Assembly: GCA_963818965.1 (NCBI GenBank)
Contig: CAWFUG010000011.1
Coordinates: forward strand, 192,001-256,000
Length of the DNA: 64,000 nucleotides
Origin: an uncultured Verrucomicrobiae bacterium
Lineage (GTDB): Bacteria; Chlamydiota; Chlamydiia; Chlamydiales; Rhabdochlamydiaceae
Direction: 5' to 3'
Shown: one piece after another, positions 21,876-31,244 of the stretch
Layout: each line of letters opens with the position of its first letter
How positions within the stretch are numbered: position 1 is the first letter of the stretch
Notes under the pieces: model-generated
What the model was told of the DNA's origin: nothing
The model's database searches: none
The model's input: only the letters and a program-made list of their open reading frames with translations
Program-made: the position numbers and the translations under genes

Positions 21876-22922
21876 GTTTAGGCGTTCTTCGTTGTACTTT
21901 GTAAAGAGCGCTCTTGCTTTTTGAACGGTGCTGGCATTGACTAATTCTGTAACTCGCTCCACGTTCCATTTGTATAGGAGGACCATCTTGCCTCCGCCTT
22001 CTGCTTGAAACTCTTCAAAGGAAAGGATTTTGTCTTCAAAGGGTTTGGCATCAGCAACTACCTGGCTCAGTTTTTGAGCCGTTGGAACGGTGTACTGGTG
22101 TAAGGGGAAAATGGGTTTGACGTTGCATTCTTCGAATAAGTCAGCCTCTATCTCTGCGTGGGTCAGTCCAGCAGCAGGCAGTCCTAAAGCGGCAAATCTT
22201 TTTGATTCCGTCGTAACATTGGTGCAGATGGCGTTGTAACCTGTGCATAGTCCCATCGGGTTTTTAGATGAATAACTACTCGCATTGTAGATATAGACCT
22301 GATCGCCTAGGCCGATTTCAGAGGGGTCTGGATTTTCTTTTGCGATCCGGCATCTCAAAAGGTTCAGTGGATTAACGCAAAAGTAAGTGTCGATGATTAA
22401 GCGCGTTTTTGATGCGGCAGCAAAGAGGCTATCGGTTTTAGGCCCCAAGACAGATAGCAGTGCTGCGTACTGGGCGATTTGACAGACCTCTCCACAACCC
22501 ACTGCACTTATGCCCTCTTTCGCAGCTGTAATCGCTGCGCTTGGCGCAACCCCTGCCTTTAAGAGAAAGGATTGTTTCACGTAGTTAGAATAAGAACCTG
22601 CTTCTCGACATTTCTCTGCGGGAAGCATTTCGAAATGTTTGTGAGAGAGATAAGAATGGTAAAAATAGTCTCTATCTTTGAACCACTTTAGACGTGCTGG
22701 AGCAGAGGGATCGCTCGATTGACTTAATAAATCGTAATAGTCACGAGGATAGAATACCCCTTTTGCTAAAGATTGTTGTGCTGTTCTGCGCACATTCTCG
22801 CTCACGATCTCTGTCATTGCCTGCACGGTGGCGCTGTTCAGACGCGCTGCGATCTCTGCGGTTGAAAAGAGGCCTGTTGGGGAACTGGTTGCAGAATCTA
22901 ATTCCAAAGACATAATAAACAC
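21861..22922 (-). CDS. Tgl-like (bacterial protein-glutamine gamma-glutamyltransferase fold) Cys protein
   Basis: Collinear motifs FLLKAGVAPSAAI, xCxxxxxIxxYxALLxxLG, LGDQVYIYN, GYNAI and FAALGL, compared with Bacillus Tgl from memory. Confidence 0.55.
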   Translation of the reverse strand: MFIMSLELDSATSSPTGLFSTAEIAARLNSATVQAMTEIVSENVRRTAQQSLAKGVFYPRDYYDLLSQSSDPSAPARLKWFKDRDYFYHSYLSHKHFEMLPAEKCREAGSYSNYVKQSFLLKAGVAPSAAITAAKEGISAVGCGEVCQIAQYAALLSVLGPKTDSLFAAASKTRLIIDTYFCVNPLNLLRCRIAKENPDPSEIGLGDQVYIYNASSYSSKNPMGLCTGYNAICTNVTTESKRFAALGLPAAGLTHAEIEADLFEECNVKPIFPLHQYTVPTAQKLSQVVADAKPFEDKILSFEEFQAEGGGKMVLLYKWNVERVTELVNASTVQKARALFTKYNEERLNSRFI

Positions 22923-23148
22923 CCGCTTTAAATTAAAGTTTCATTTAATTTTAACATTAAACGCCGTTATTTACAATAAAAATTAAATGAAAATTAGCAC
23001 AGAAACAAGATCTGGGGCGAAAACCAGTTGCTATGAAAATTTAAGTAATATAAGCTAAATTAAATTTTCACTACTCGTTCGCGCTCTGGCTCAATCTGCT
23101 CAAGCGACCGACCCCCCCAAAAAAACCACATTTAAGGAGGACAAAAAA

Positions 23149-24636
23149 ATGCATCGTATCCATTCAGAAAGTCAGTGCTTCGCTTCAGATAATATCATGT
23201 ATCAGTTTTGTCACTTTTCGGCGCTACGCGAGCAAAAAGCACTCGCTTGCATTAACCAAAGATGCCAAGAGATCGTCATAAAATGGAGAGAAGACGAAGA
23301 GGCTATCCGGAGGGAAAAAGGGGTGATTTGCCTTCTGCCTTATGCCCTTCCCGCTTCTTGGGAAACGCTCTCTTGCGTATCGAGATCCTGCCATACACAC
23401 GTCCTAGGGATGCTCTGGGAAAAAAAGAAGCCGACCATCCTCCCCCTTTTTTCTACAGTGGAGCGCCTCGCCTACTTCATCAATAGCAAACGTTGCCCAG
23501 AACAAAAGAGGGAAATGGAAGAGTTATTGCAAAATTTAAAAGAACTAGGGGCGAGATCGATTCACCAAATTCTCTCCTATGAAATAGAAAACAAGGAGAA
23601 AATTGTAAAAATTCTCTTAACGATAGAAGATTCAGAAATGAAAATTCTAAAAAGTAAATTTCTTAGGGAAGCACCGTTGCGAGATTCTCCTCGAAACCCG
23701 ACAATTGCGCTCAGAAAAACCATGACACCCTTGTTCAATGACATCCTGACCATGCGGCAATTATTTCAAGAGAGAGGCTCTTATATAGCGGGAATAGAGA
23801 AGGTGGAGCACTTTTTTAAAATGGGTCACCTAAAACCTGCTACCGCACTGGCCCATTGGATCGATCCAAAAAAAGCGGAAGATCTCCTCTCCCTTCATAT
23901 TTTGAACTCTTTGGAAGAGCGGATCGAAAGTCACGGTCTAAGATCTCTCATCGAGATCTGTCGGCAAATAGAGACAGCGGCGCTTAAAAATGACTTACTT
24001 TACCGGTTGTTCGATAAATGTATCGAAAGTGGGTATCTGGGAGTAATCCGCTCTCATGTTCACCTCTTAGAAATCGATGCCTACAAAAAAGCAATTTCCT
24101 CTTGTCTTGCTGCTGCCTACCTGGAAGAAGATGAGATCAGAGAGGCAGTAGAGACGCTCCATCGCTTCGGCTACCCTCTCATCCGTATGTTTAATCCCGA
24201 TTCGCCGCATATCGAAAAAACCCATCACCCTTCCGATTCTGCATCTCCTTATATTCTCTGCGATCTCGTAAAAAGGGTAGAGGAAAGAGAGGAGAGAGCA
24301 AGCGTCTTTTCTTTGATTCTGGAGTACCATAAAGAGAATCAAGGTCTTTTGACGCATAAGCTGGTGAACCTCTTGTCTAAATGGAAGCTCAAATCTAGTG
24401 AACTGGAAATCGTTAAAACCATCGCTTTATCGATTCCTGAAAAGACGATCTTAGCAAAGACGCTCCTCCTTGTTTCAAAAATTTATTACAAAAAACAACG
24501 ATACAAAGAAGCAGATGCACTCATCCAAAGTGCTTTAAGCACAGCTCAAGAGGCAAGCACTCTCGAACATTCCCATCGCATTCTCATTCAGCATCTGCGA
24601 GCTGCTGAGAAAGAGATTCAAAAGAAACTCTCTTGA
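23149..24636 (+). CDS. F-box-like/helical-repeat effector candidate
   Basis: AAGGAGG RBS; two F-box-tail-like segments (ALACINQRCQ, TLSCVSRSCH) and a C-terminal TPR-like helix pair (YYKKQRYKEADALIQSAL). Confidence 0.5.
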   Translation: MHRIHSESQCFASDNIMYQFCHFSALREQKALACINQRCQEIVIKWREDEEAIRREKGVICLLPYALPASWETLSCVSRSCHTHVLGMLWEKKKPTILPLFSTVERLAYFINSKRCPEQKREMEELLQNLKELGARSIHQILSYEIENKEKIVKILLTIEDSEMKILKSKFLREAPLRDSPRNPTIALRKTMTPLFNDILTMRQLFQERGSYIAGIEKVEHFFKMGHLKPATALAHWIDPKKAEDLLSLHILNSLEERIESHGLRSLIEICRQIETAALKNDLLYRLFDKCIESGYLGVIRSHVHLLEIDAYKKAISSCLAAAYLEEDEIREAVETLHRFGYPLIRMFNPDSPHIEKTHHPSDSASPYILCDLVKRVEEREERASVFSLILEYHKENQGLLTHKLVNLLSKWKLKSSELEIVKTIALSIPEKTILAKTLLLVSKIYYKKQRYKEADALIQSALSTAQEASTLEHSHRILIQHLRAAEKEIQKKLS

Positions 24637-24697
24637 TCTTAAGGAACCCCTCCTATAACCTAGGGGGGGCGTGTTCTTCGCATAGCATTAAGGATCC

Positions 24698-25771
24698 ATG
24701 GCAGAAAAAACAGAAAAGGCGACCCCAAAGAAATTGCGCGATGCGCGCAAAAAAGGACAAGTCGCCAAATCACAAGACTTCCCCTCAGCGTTTACCTTTG
24801 TGGTATCGGTCGCGACGACCCTTATCCTGGCGGGTTATCTATATCAGGTGTTAGCGAGTTACATCATTGCGACGTTTCGCCTCTCCGGCTCCCACAATGA
24901 CTTGCAGAATCAAGTGACTGGGGTTCTCGTGCAGGCGGTACAAATCATTTTTAATACGAGCATGCCCATCCTGGTCATCACCTCTTGTGTCGGGGTGCTG
25001 ACGAACTTTTTGATCATCGGCCCCCTGTTTTCTCTCGAATCGATGAAGCCAGATCTGAAGCGATTGAATCCAGTGACGAACATTAAAAATCTCTTTAAGT
25101 TTAAAACCCTCTTCGAGCTCTTAAAATCCCTCTTTAAGATCACCGGGGCTGTGATCTTGATCTACTCCGTCGTTTGGACCAGCATCCCTGAGATCGTCTC
25201 CTCAGCGGCGCTCCCCATGGTAGGCTGCCTCATGATCTTCTCCGACTTTTTATTAAAAGTGATCATTCGAGTGGGTATTTTCTTTTTAGCGATCGCGATT
25301 TTCGATCTCATCTTTCAAAAGCGCAATTTCGCAAAAGAGATGAAGATGGAAAAATTTGAGGTCAAACAGGAATTTAAGGATACGGAGGGGGATCCTCACA
25401 TTAAGGGAAAACGGCGCCAGGCCGCCCAGGAAATCGCCTATCAAGAAGGGCCGTCCTCCGTTAAAAGAGCCAAGGCGATCATCACGAATCCCATCCACAT
25501 CGCCATCGCCGTCGAGTATGAATCGGAAACAGAACCAGCGCCCAGGATCGTCACTATGGGGCAAGGGATCATGGCCGATCTTATTATAAAAACGGCTTTA
25601 GAATATGGAATTCCGATTATGAGAAATGTGACTTTAGCACAAACCCTTTTTCAAAAAGGGAAAATCAGCGAATATATCCCTGAGGAGACCTATCAAGCCG
25701 TCGCGGAGATTCTGCGCTGGCTGGAAGGAATCGAAACGTTTGAGACCGCTGGGGCGGAATTATTTAAATGA
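24698..25771 (+). CDS. sctU: T3SS export switch protein SctU/CdsU (YscU family)
   Basis: MAEKTEKATPKKL-DARKKGQVAKS, MKMEKFEVKQEFKDTEGDP and the NPIH variant of the NPTH autocleavage motif. Confidence 0.95.
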   Translation: MAEKTEKATPKKLRDARKKGQVAKSQDFPSAFTFVVSVATTLILAGYLYQVLASYIIATFRLSGSHNDLQNQVTGVLVQAVQIIFNTSMPILVITSCVGVLTNFLIIGPLFSLESMKPDLKRLNPVTNIKNLFKFKTLFELLKSLFKITGAVILIYSVVWTSIPEIVSSAALPMVGCLMIFSDFLLKVIIRVGIFFLAIAIFDLIFQKRNFAKEMKMEKFEVKQEFKDTEGDPHIKGKRRQAAQEIAYQEGPSSVKRAKAIITNPIHIAIAVEYESETEPAPRIVTMGQGIMADLIIKTALEYGIPIMRNVTLAQTLFQKGKISEYIPEETYQAVAEILRWLEGIETFETAGAELFK

Positions 25772-27900
25772 AAAATTACATAGTAAGAACAGTGCGCTTT
25801 CTCGGTGGACCCAAAACGCTCTCTTTTATCACCTCTTCAAGCGATGTCGTCTTAGCTTTATTCATCATCGTCTTGATCATGATGATCATCATTCCCGTTT
25901 CACCGACGATTTTGGACAACCTCATCGCGATCAATATGACCATCTCGATCGGACTCTTAATGGTCTCTCTCTACATTCCGAAGGCAGTCCACCTATCGAT
26001 GTTTCCTTCTCTGCTTTTGATCACGACGCTCTTTCGCCTCGGGATAGAAATTTCTGCGACGCGGCAAATCCTGCTCCACGCTTACGCAGGGCATATCATC
26101 CAGGCCTTCGGAGGTTATGTCGTCGGGGGTAACTTCGTCGTCGGAGGGATCATCTTCTTAATCATCACGATTGTCCAGTTCATCGTAGTCACAAAGGGTG
26201 CGGAGCGGGTCGCTGAAGTCGCCGCGCGCTTTACATTGGATGCGATGCCTGGAAAACAGATGAGTATCGATGCCGATATGCGCAGTGGGGTCATCGATGC
26301 CACTCAGGCGCGCGACTTACGCCTTGCCCTGACAAAAGAGAGCCAACTCTATGGAGCCATGGACGGTGCGATGAAATTCGTCAAGGGAGACGTCATCGCG
26401 GGGATCATCATCGCCGTCATCAACATCATCGGGGGTTTGATCATCGGGGTGGCCATGCACAATATGACCGCCCTCCAAGCAGCTAAGACTTATACCATTC
26501 TTTCAATCGGGGGTGGTCTGATTGCCCAGATCCCTTCTCTTTTGGTCTCTTTGACAGCGGGTATCGTGACGACGCGTGTCTCCTCTGAAAAGAAGGATTC
26601 CCACCTCGGATCGGAAATTTCAGAGCAGTTGCTCGGTCAGCCAAAAGCGATCATGATGGCCGCCGGCGTCGTCTTCTTGATGGCGTGGATCAAGGGCTTT
26701 CCAACGATCATCTTCCTCTGCATTTCCTTTGTCCTGATGCTCGTCGGTTTTACCGTTTGGTACAATGGGAAAAAAGCGACGGCAAAGACACAAGCAGGGC
26801 TGACATCGGGTCGGATGGAGACAGATGTGGCTGGCCATTCGGTGATCCGCGGCGGCGTCGATGAATATGCACTAACCCTTCCCGTCATCCTCGAAGTCGG
26901 TAAAACCCTCTCCCTAGCGGTCCGGAAGGAAAAACAGGGAGCGACGTTCATCGATGATATGATCCCTAAGATGCGCCATGCCCTTTACCAAGATCTCGGC
27001 GTCCGGTTCCCCGGCGTCCACGTCCGGACCGAGTCCCCTATTCTCGAAGCAGATGAGTACTCGATCTACCTCAATGAGGTGCCCATCGTCCGCGGCAAAG
27101 TCGTCGAAAATGCGATCTTGACGACAGAATCTCCTGAGACGCTGCGGCGCTACAATGTCCCCTTCACGACGACGAAGAACAACATTGGCCAGCCTTCGAT
27201 GTGGGTCGATGCCAAGTACCAAGAGATCTTGCAAAAGGCGGGAATCAAGTTTTGGAAGCCTTTAGATGTGATGATCCTCCACCTCTCTTATTTCTACCGC
27301 CAACACGCAGCTGATTTCATCGGGATTCAAGAGATCCGAGGCATTCTGGAATTCATCGAAAAGTCGTTCCCCGATCTCGTCAAAGAGGTCACACGTCTCG
27401 TCCCCTTGCAAAAGCTCACAGAGATCTTTAAGCGCCTGGTCCAGGAGCAGATTTCGATCAAAGACTTGCGCACGATCTTAGAATCGTTAAGCGAATATGC
27501 ACAGACAGAAAAAGATACGGTTCTTTTAACAGAGTACGTCCGCTCTTCTTTAAAACGCTACATCAGTTACAAATACTCCCAAGGCCAGTCGATCCTCTCC
27601 GTCTACCTGCTCGATCCAGAGATCGAAGATATGGTCAGAGGAGCGATCAAACAGACCTCGATGGGATCGTATCTCGCTTTGGATCCCGATGCCGTTCAGA
27701 TGATTTTGCACGCGATGCGCCAGACGATTGTTCAGACACCCGTCGGCGGACAACCCCCTGTTCTGCTCACAGCGATCGACGTCCGCCGTTTTGTGCGCAA
27801 GTTGATCGAAGGGGAATACCCCGATATGGCCGTTTTATCCTATCAGGAGATCGTCCCCGAAATCCGCATCCAACCTTTAGGACGCGTCCAACTCTCTTAA
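25768..27900 (+). CDS. sctV: T3SS major export gate SctV/CdsV (LcrD/FlhA family)
   Basis: VVTKGAERVAEVAARFTLDAMPGKQMSIDAD and GAMDGAMKFVKGD. Confidence 0.98.
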   Translation: MKNYIVRTVRFLGGPKTLSFITSSSDVVLALFIIVLIMMIIIPVSPTILDNLIAINMTISIGLLMVSLYIPKAVHLSMFPSLLLITTLFRLGIEISATRQILLHAYAGHIIQAFGGYVVGGNFVVGGIIFLIITIVQFIVVTKGAERVAEVAARFTLDAMPGKQMSIDADMRSGVIDATQARDLRLALTKESQLYGAMDGAMKFVKGDVIAGIIIAVINIIGGLIIGVAMHNMTALQAAKTYTILSIGGGLIAQIPSLLVSLTAGIVTTRVSSEKKDSHLGSEISEQLLGQPKAIMMAAGVVFLMAWIKGFPTIIFLCISFVLMLVGFTVWYNGKKATAKTQAGLTSGRMETDVAGHSVIRGGVDEYALTLPVILEVGKTLSLAVRKEKQGATFIDDMIPKMRHALYQDLGVRFPGVHVRTESPILEADEYSIYLNEVPIVRGKVVENAILTTESPETLRRYNVPFTTTKNNIGQPSMWVDAKYQEILQKAGIKFWKPLDVMILHLSYFYRQHAADFIGIQEIRGILEFIEKSFPDLVKEVTRLVPLQKLTEIFKRLVQEQISIKDLRTILESLSEYAQTEKDTVLLTEYVRSSLKRYISYKYSQGQSILSVYLLDPEIEDMVRGAIKQTSMGSYLALDPDAVQMILHAMRQTIVQTPVGGQPPVLLTAIDVRRFVRKLIEGEYPDMAVLSYQEIVPEIRIQPLGRVQLS

Positions 27901-28009
27901 GGATCTTGTTGTATAAATGGTTGAGTTTCACCACAGAGATGAAAAACCACAGAGAGGAAATTTTTATATATGAATTTTTTCTCTGTGGTTTTCCATCTCT
28001 GTGGTAAGA
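27901..28009. mobile_element. ACCACAGAG-family palindromic MITE between sctV and copN
   Basis: TTGTTGTATAAATGGTTGAGTTTCACCACAGAGATGAAAAACCACAGAGAGGAAATT...TCTCTGTGGTTTTCCATCTCTGTGGT; matches the 32908-33046 copy in the opposite orientation. Confidence 0.8.
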
Positions 28010-28035
28010 CTACTTGATAAAGGGGTGGTGATCTG

Positions 28036-29190
28036 ATGTCTGAGCATTCTAGAATTCCTCCGATCCAGATGGAGACGGCGAAGGCCCGTCAGGCTGCGAT
28101 GGAGCGTTCGATGATGAAGATGATGATCACTCAGGAAGTGAGCCAAGAAGGCTTTCAGGACTGGATCGATTCAGGGGTCTTCAATCCCACCTTGATGTCT
28201 CGCCGTTTTGAATCTCTAGAATCGAAGCGACGCCGCTCGAACAAAGAAGAAGAGGCGGAAAAAGCGGAGAAGAAGCAGAAAGAAGTCACACAAGTCGAAA
28301 GAATCGAAAAAACTGCGCAGGAGTTCCAAAGACAGAATAAAGAATTCCAAATTCAATCCCTTTTGATCTTGAGAGAGCGGATCAACCTCATGGATACAAA
28401 AGAGGAGATCCTGCGCAAAGTTCTGGAAATGTATCCCGACTACTCGCTTGCAGACGAGGCGCTCGATTTCCTTCTACAGACATCAGACGGAGAGCTGGCA
28501 GAGAAGGTCCGTCAGGCCAGAGCCGATCTCAATAAGACCTATGGAAGGGAAGTCAAAGCAGGGAAAAACATCGCCGAACAAGCGCGCGAGTTTTCTGAGA
28601 AGGGACTTGGGACTCCGACAGGGCTGCGCGATCTCTACCGAGAAGTGACGGGAAATCCACGCGATCCCAACACTCTCTTCAATGAGCTCACCCTCCAATT
28701 TACCTATGAAGACATGAAGACAGTGATCGAGTTTCTCCTTCATTCCCTCGGGGGTGATCTCAAATCAAAAGGACCTTCGATTGACCGGGGCGAACTCCAC
28801 CGACTCCTCTCTGAAACGCGCAAACTTCAGAGCATTTTAGCCCTTTTTGTTTTTTTCAAGTCGCGGATGAAACTGATCCAATCAGCCTTCCAGCGCAGTG
28901 ACCTCACTCTTCCAGTCGTCGTCACTTTCGAGCTCATGGCCAAACAATTCATGCGCATGGTCCAAGAGCGCTACCCCTCTGCGGATAAAATCATCCAGCT
29001 CGCCGTCCCGTTAAACATCCCTGAGGATGTCCTTGCGCAAATCATCCTCTTCACACAGATGCGCGATGCAATCCGTCAGACAGCTCCTCGGCTATTCAAA
29101 TCAGAACAACAAAAACAAGATCTACTCACCGCCTTTATCGATGCGATCGAAGAGCTCGATGAAAGTCTTGAGGAAGAAGAGGAAGAGTAG
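28036..29190 (+). CDS. copN: T3SS gatekeeper CopN/SctW (HrpJ/YopN family)
   Basis: LADEALDFL, AGKNI, LRDLYREVT, DLKSKGPSI-R-EL and TAPRLF; conserved position between cdsV and scc1. Confidence 0.88.
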   Translation: MSEHSRIPPIQMETAKARQAAMERSMMKMMITQEVSQEGFQDWIDSGVFNPTLMSRRFESLESKRRRSNKEEEAEKAEKKQKEVTQVERIEKTAQEFQRQNKEFQIQSLLILRERINLMDTKEEILRKVLEMYPDYSLADEALDFLLQTSDGELAEKVRQARADLNKTYGREVKAGKNIAEQAREFSEKGLGTPTGLRDLYREVTGNPRDPNTLFNELTLQFTYEDMKTVIEFLLHSLGGDLKSKGPSIDRGELHRLLSETRKLQSILALFVFFKSRMKLIQSAFQRSDLTLPVVVTFELMAKQFMRMVQERYPSADKIIQLAVPLNIPEDVLAQIILFTQMRDAIRQTAPRLFKSEQQKQDLLTAFIDAIEELDESLEEEEEE

Positions 29191-29196
29191 GACACT

Positions 29197-29649
29197 ATGG
29201 AACGCTTTGCAACGCTTTTGGAAGAACTCGGCATAGAATTAGAGACGACGCTCCATCCCGATGTCAAAGGAGCGTGTCTTCTCGTCATCGATGAGAAAAG
29301 GCGCGTGCAACTCGAATGCCATCCCCAAAGAGATCGCCTGCTCATGGCGACATTTGTCTGTGAGACTCCAGCGGGAAGGTACCGAGAAAACATCTTAAAA
29401 GACGCACTGAAAGCCAATGCCCCTTTTCCTATCAATGGGAGCTTTGCCTATTCCGATCGCAATAACCAACTCGTCCTCTTTTCGTTCGTTCCCTTAGCGG
29501 GATTGACCGGGGCAAAACTAGCTCCTCTTTTAAGCGCATTTGCCGAAAAGGCCAATCAATGGGCAGCCGCGGTAAATTCGGGAACTACCGCAGATTTGAC
29601 CCCGAAATCGACAAAGAGAAGCGACTCGCTATTTAATTTAAAACCTTAA
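29197..29649 (+). CDS. scc1: T3SS chaperone Scc1 (CesT/SycE family)
   Basis: 150 aa, LHPD..GACLL and PAGRYRENIL..ALKAN; directly after copN. Confidence 0.8.
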   Translation: MERFATLLEELGIELETTLHPDVKGACLLVIDEKRRVQLECHPQRDRLLMATFVCETPAGRYRENILKDALKANAPFPINGSFAYSDRNNQLVLFSFVPLAGLTGAKLAPLLSAFAEKANQWAAAVNSGTTADLTPKSTKRSDSLFNLKP

Positions 29650-29654
29650 AAATT

Positions 29655-31244
29655 GTGGAAAACCTTAAAAATAATCTCCTTGAGACACCCTCTGCCGCAG
29701 CTTGGAAAAAAATCGGGATACGGCCCCACCATGGGATCAACCTTCCCCTTTCCGCCTTGCACAGTAAAAACAGCTGTGGAATCGGCGAGTTTTTAGATCT
29801 TCTGCCCTTAATCGATTGGTGTGCAGAACTTAAGGTAGATGTGATTCAGCTTTTGCCCCTCAATCAATCGGGGCTAGATCCCAGTCCTTACATGCCCATT
29901 TCCTCCTGCGCACTCCACTTCGCCTACCTCTCTCTGCACGCTCTCCCTGGAACCCAACAGACACTAGAGCACATGCGCGCGCTTAACCAGACAGATCTCG
30001 TCTGCTATGCAGAAGTCGTCCGTCAAAAGCGGGACTGGCTTCTCGATTACGTAGGCCGTATGGGGGAACAAATTGCGAACCATCCCGATTATCAAGCCTT
30101 TACCCAAACTCAGGCTCATTGGTTAAAACCCTACACACTCTTTCAAGCGCTCTCTAACCATTTCCAAACAGCCGATTGGAAACGGTGGCCTCCCGAATTT
30201 CAAACACCGCTTCCTAATCCAGAGGAGCTCTATACGCAGCATCAAAAAGAGATCTTCTTCCATTCGATCCTCCAGTTCCTATGCTACTCTCAACTCAAAG
30301 AAGTCAAAGCCTATGCGCATCAAAAAAACGTCTTTCTCATGGGTGATATCCCTATCCTCGTCAATAAAGACAGCGCCGACGTGTGGGATACTCCCGAGTA
30401 TTTCGACCTAAATCTCGCAGCAGGTGCGCCTCCCGATGTCTATGAAAAAGAGGGACAATATTGGGGATTTCCCCTCTTCCGATGGGATGTGTTACGCAAA
30501 AACGACTATGACTTTTGGAAGAGACGGCTCGCTTACGCGGAAAACTTCTTCGACATCTTCCGGATCGACCACATCGTAGGTTTTTTTCGCGTTTGGGGGA
30601 TCCCCTTAGGCGAAAAACCGAAAAATGGGCACTTTATCCCAGAGGCTGAGGCAAAATGGGAACCACAAGGGCGGGAATTACTCTCGATGATCCTCTCTTC
30701 TACTAAAATGCTCGCCATCGGAGAAGATCTCGGTACGGTTTTGGGTTTCATGCGCGAGACGATGAGCGCGCTTGGCATCTGCGGCACCAAGATCATGCGT
30801 TGGGAGCGACAGTGGAGTACAAAAACACACCCCTTCCTAAAACCAGAAGAATACCCTTTGTTAGGCCTCACCTCCGTCTCGACCCACGATTCCCCTACCC
30901 TCTCCCTCTGGTGGACACAGTACCCCAAAGAAGCAAAGGCCTATGCTCATGAAAAGGGATGGATCTATGAAAAAGAGCTTACCCTCAAACAGAGAAAAGA
31001 GATCCTCTACGATAGTCACCATACGAAAAGCCTCTTTCACATCAATCTCCTCCAAGAATACCTCGCCCTCTTTCCCGAACTCATCCACGACACTCCAGAA
31101 AGAGAGAGGATCAATATCCCCGGCACTTTTCTCCCTTCCAACTGGGTCTATCGCTTCAAACCCAGTGTCGAAGAGATCGTCTCCCATCGCAGCCTATTCT
31201 CCTCTATCGAAACCATCCTCCACTCTTCTGAAGGTGCCCCATGA
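29655..31244 (+). CDS. malQ: 4-alpha-glucanotransferase (GH77)
   Basis: GIGEFLDL, IQLLPLN, SPY, GDIPILV..DSADVW, RIDHIVGFFR, GEDLG, STHD and RINIPGT. Confidence 0.95.
   Translation: MENLKNNLLETPSAAAWKKIGIRPHHGINLPLSALHSKNSCGIGEFLDLLPLIDWCAELKVDVIQLLPLNQSGLDPSPYMPISSCALHFAYLSLHALPGTQQTLEHMRALNQTDLVCYAEVVRQKRDWLLDYVGRMGEQIANHPDYQAFTQTQAHWLKPYTLFQALSNHFQTADWKRWPPEFQTPLPNPEELYTQHQKEIFFHSILQFLCYSQLKEVKAYAHQKNVFLMGDIPILVNKDSADVWDTPEYFDLNLAAGAPPDVYEKEGQYWGFPLFRWDVLRKNDYDFWKRRLAYAENFFDIFRIDHIVGFFRVWGIPLGEKPKNGHFIPEAEAKWEPQGRELLSMILSSTKMLAIGEDLGTVLGFMRETMSALGICGTKIMRWERQWSTKTHPFLKPEEYPLLGLTSVSTHDSPTLSLWWTQYPKEAKAYAHEKGWIYEKELTLKQRKEILYDSHHTKSLFHINLLQEYLALFPELIHDTPERERINIPGTFLPSNWVYRFKPSVEEIVSHRSLFSSIETILHSSEGAP

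Noticed and set aside
27964..28146. Short minus-strand ORFs ending in TTEMENHREKI (also 55550-55765, TTERGNHREKI)
   Set aside because: The shared peptide is simply translation of the ACCACAGAG repeat
24698..31244. T3SS cluster beside malQ as a novel arrangement
   Set aside because: cdsU-cdsV-copN-scc1-malQ is the standard chlamydial gene order
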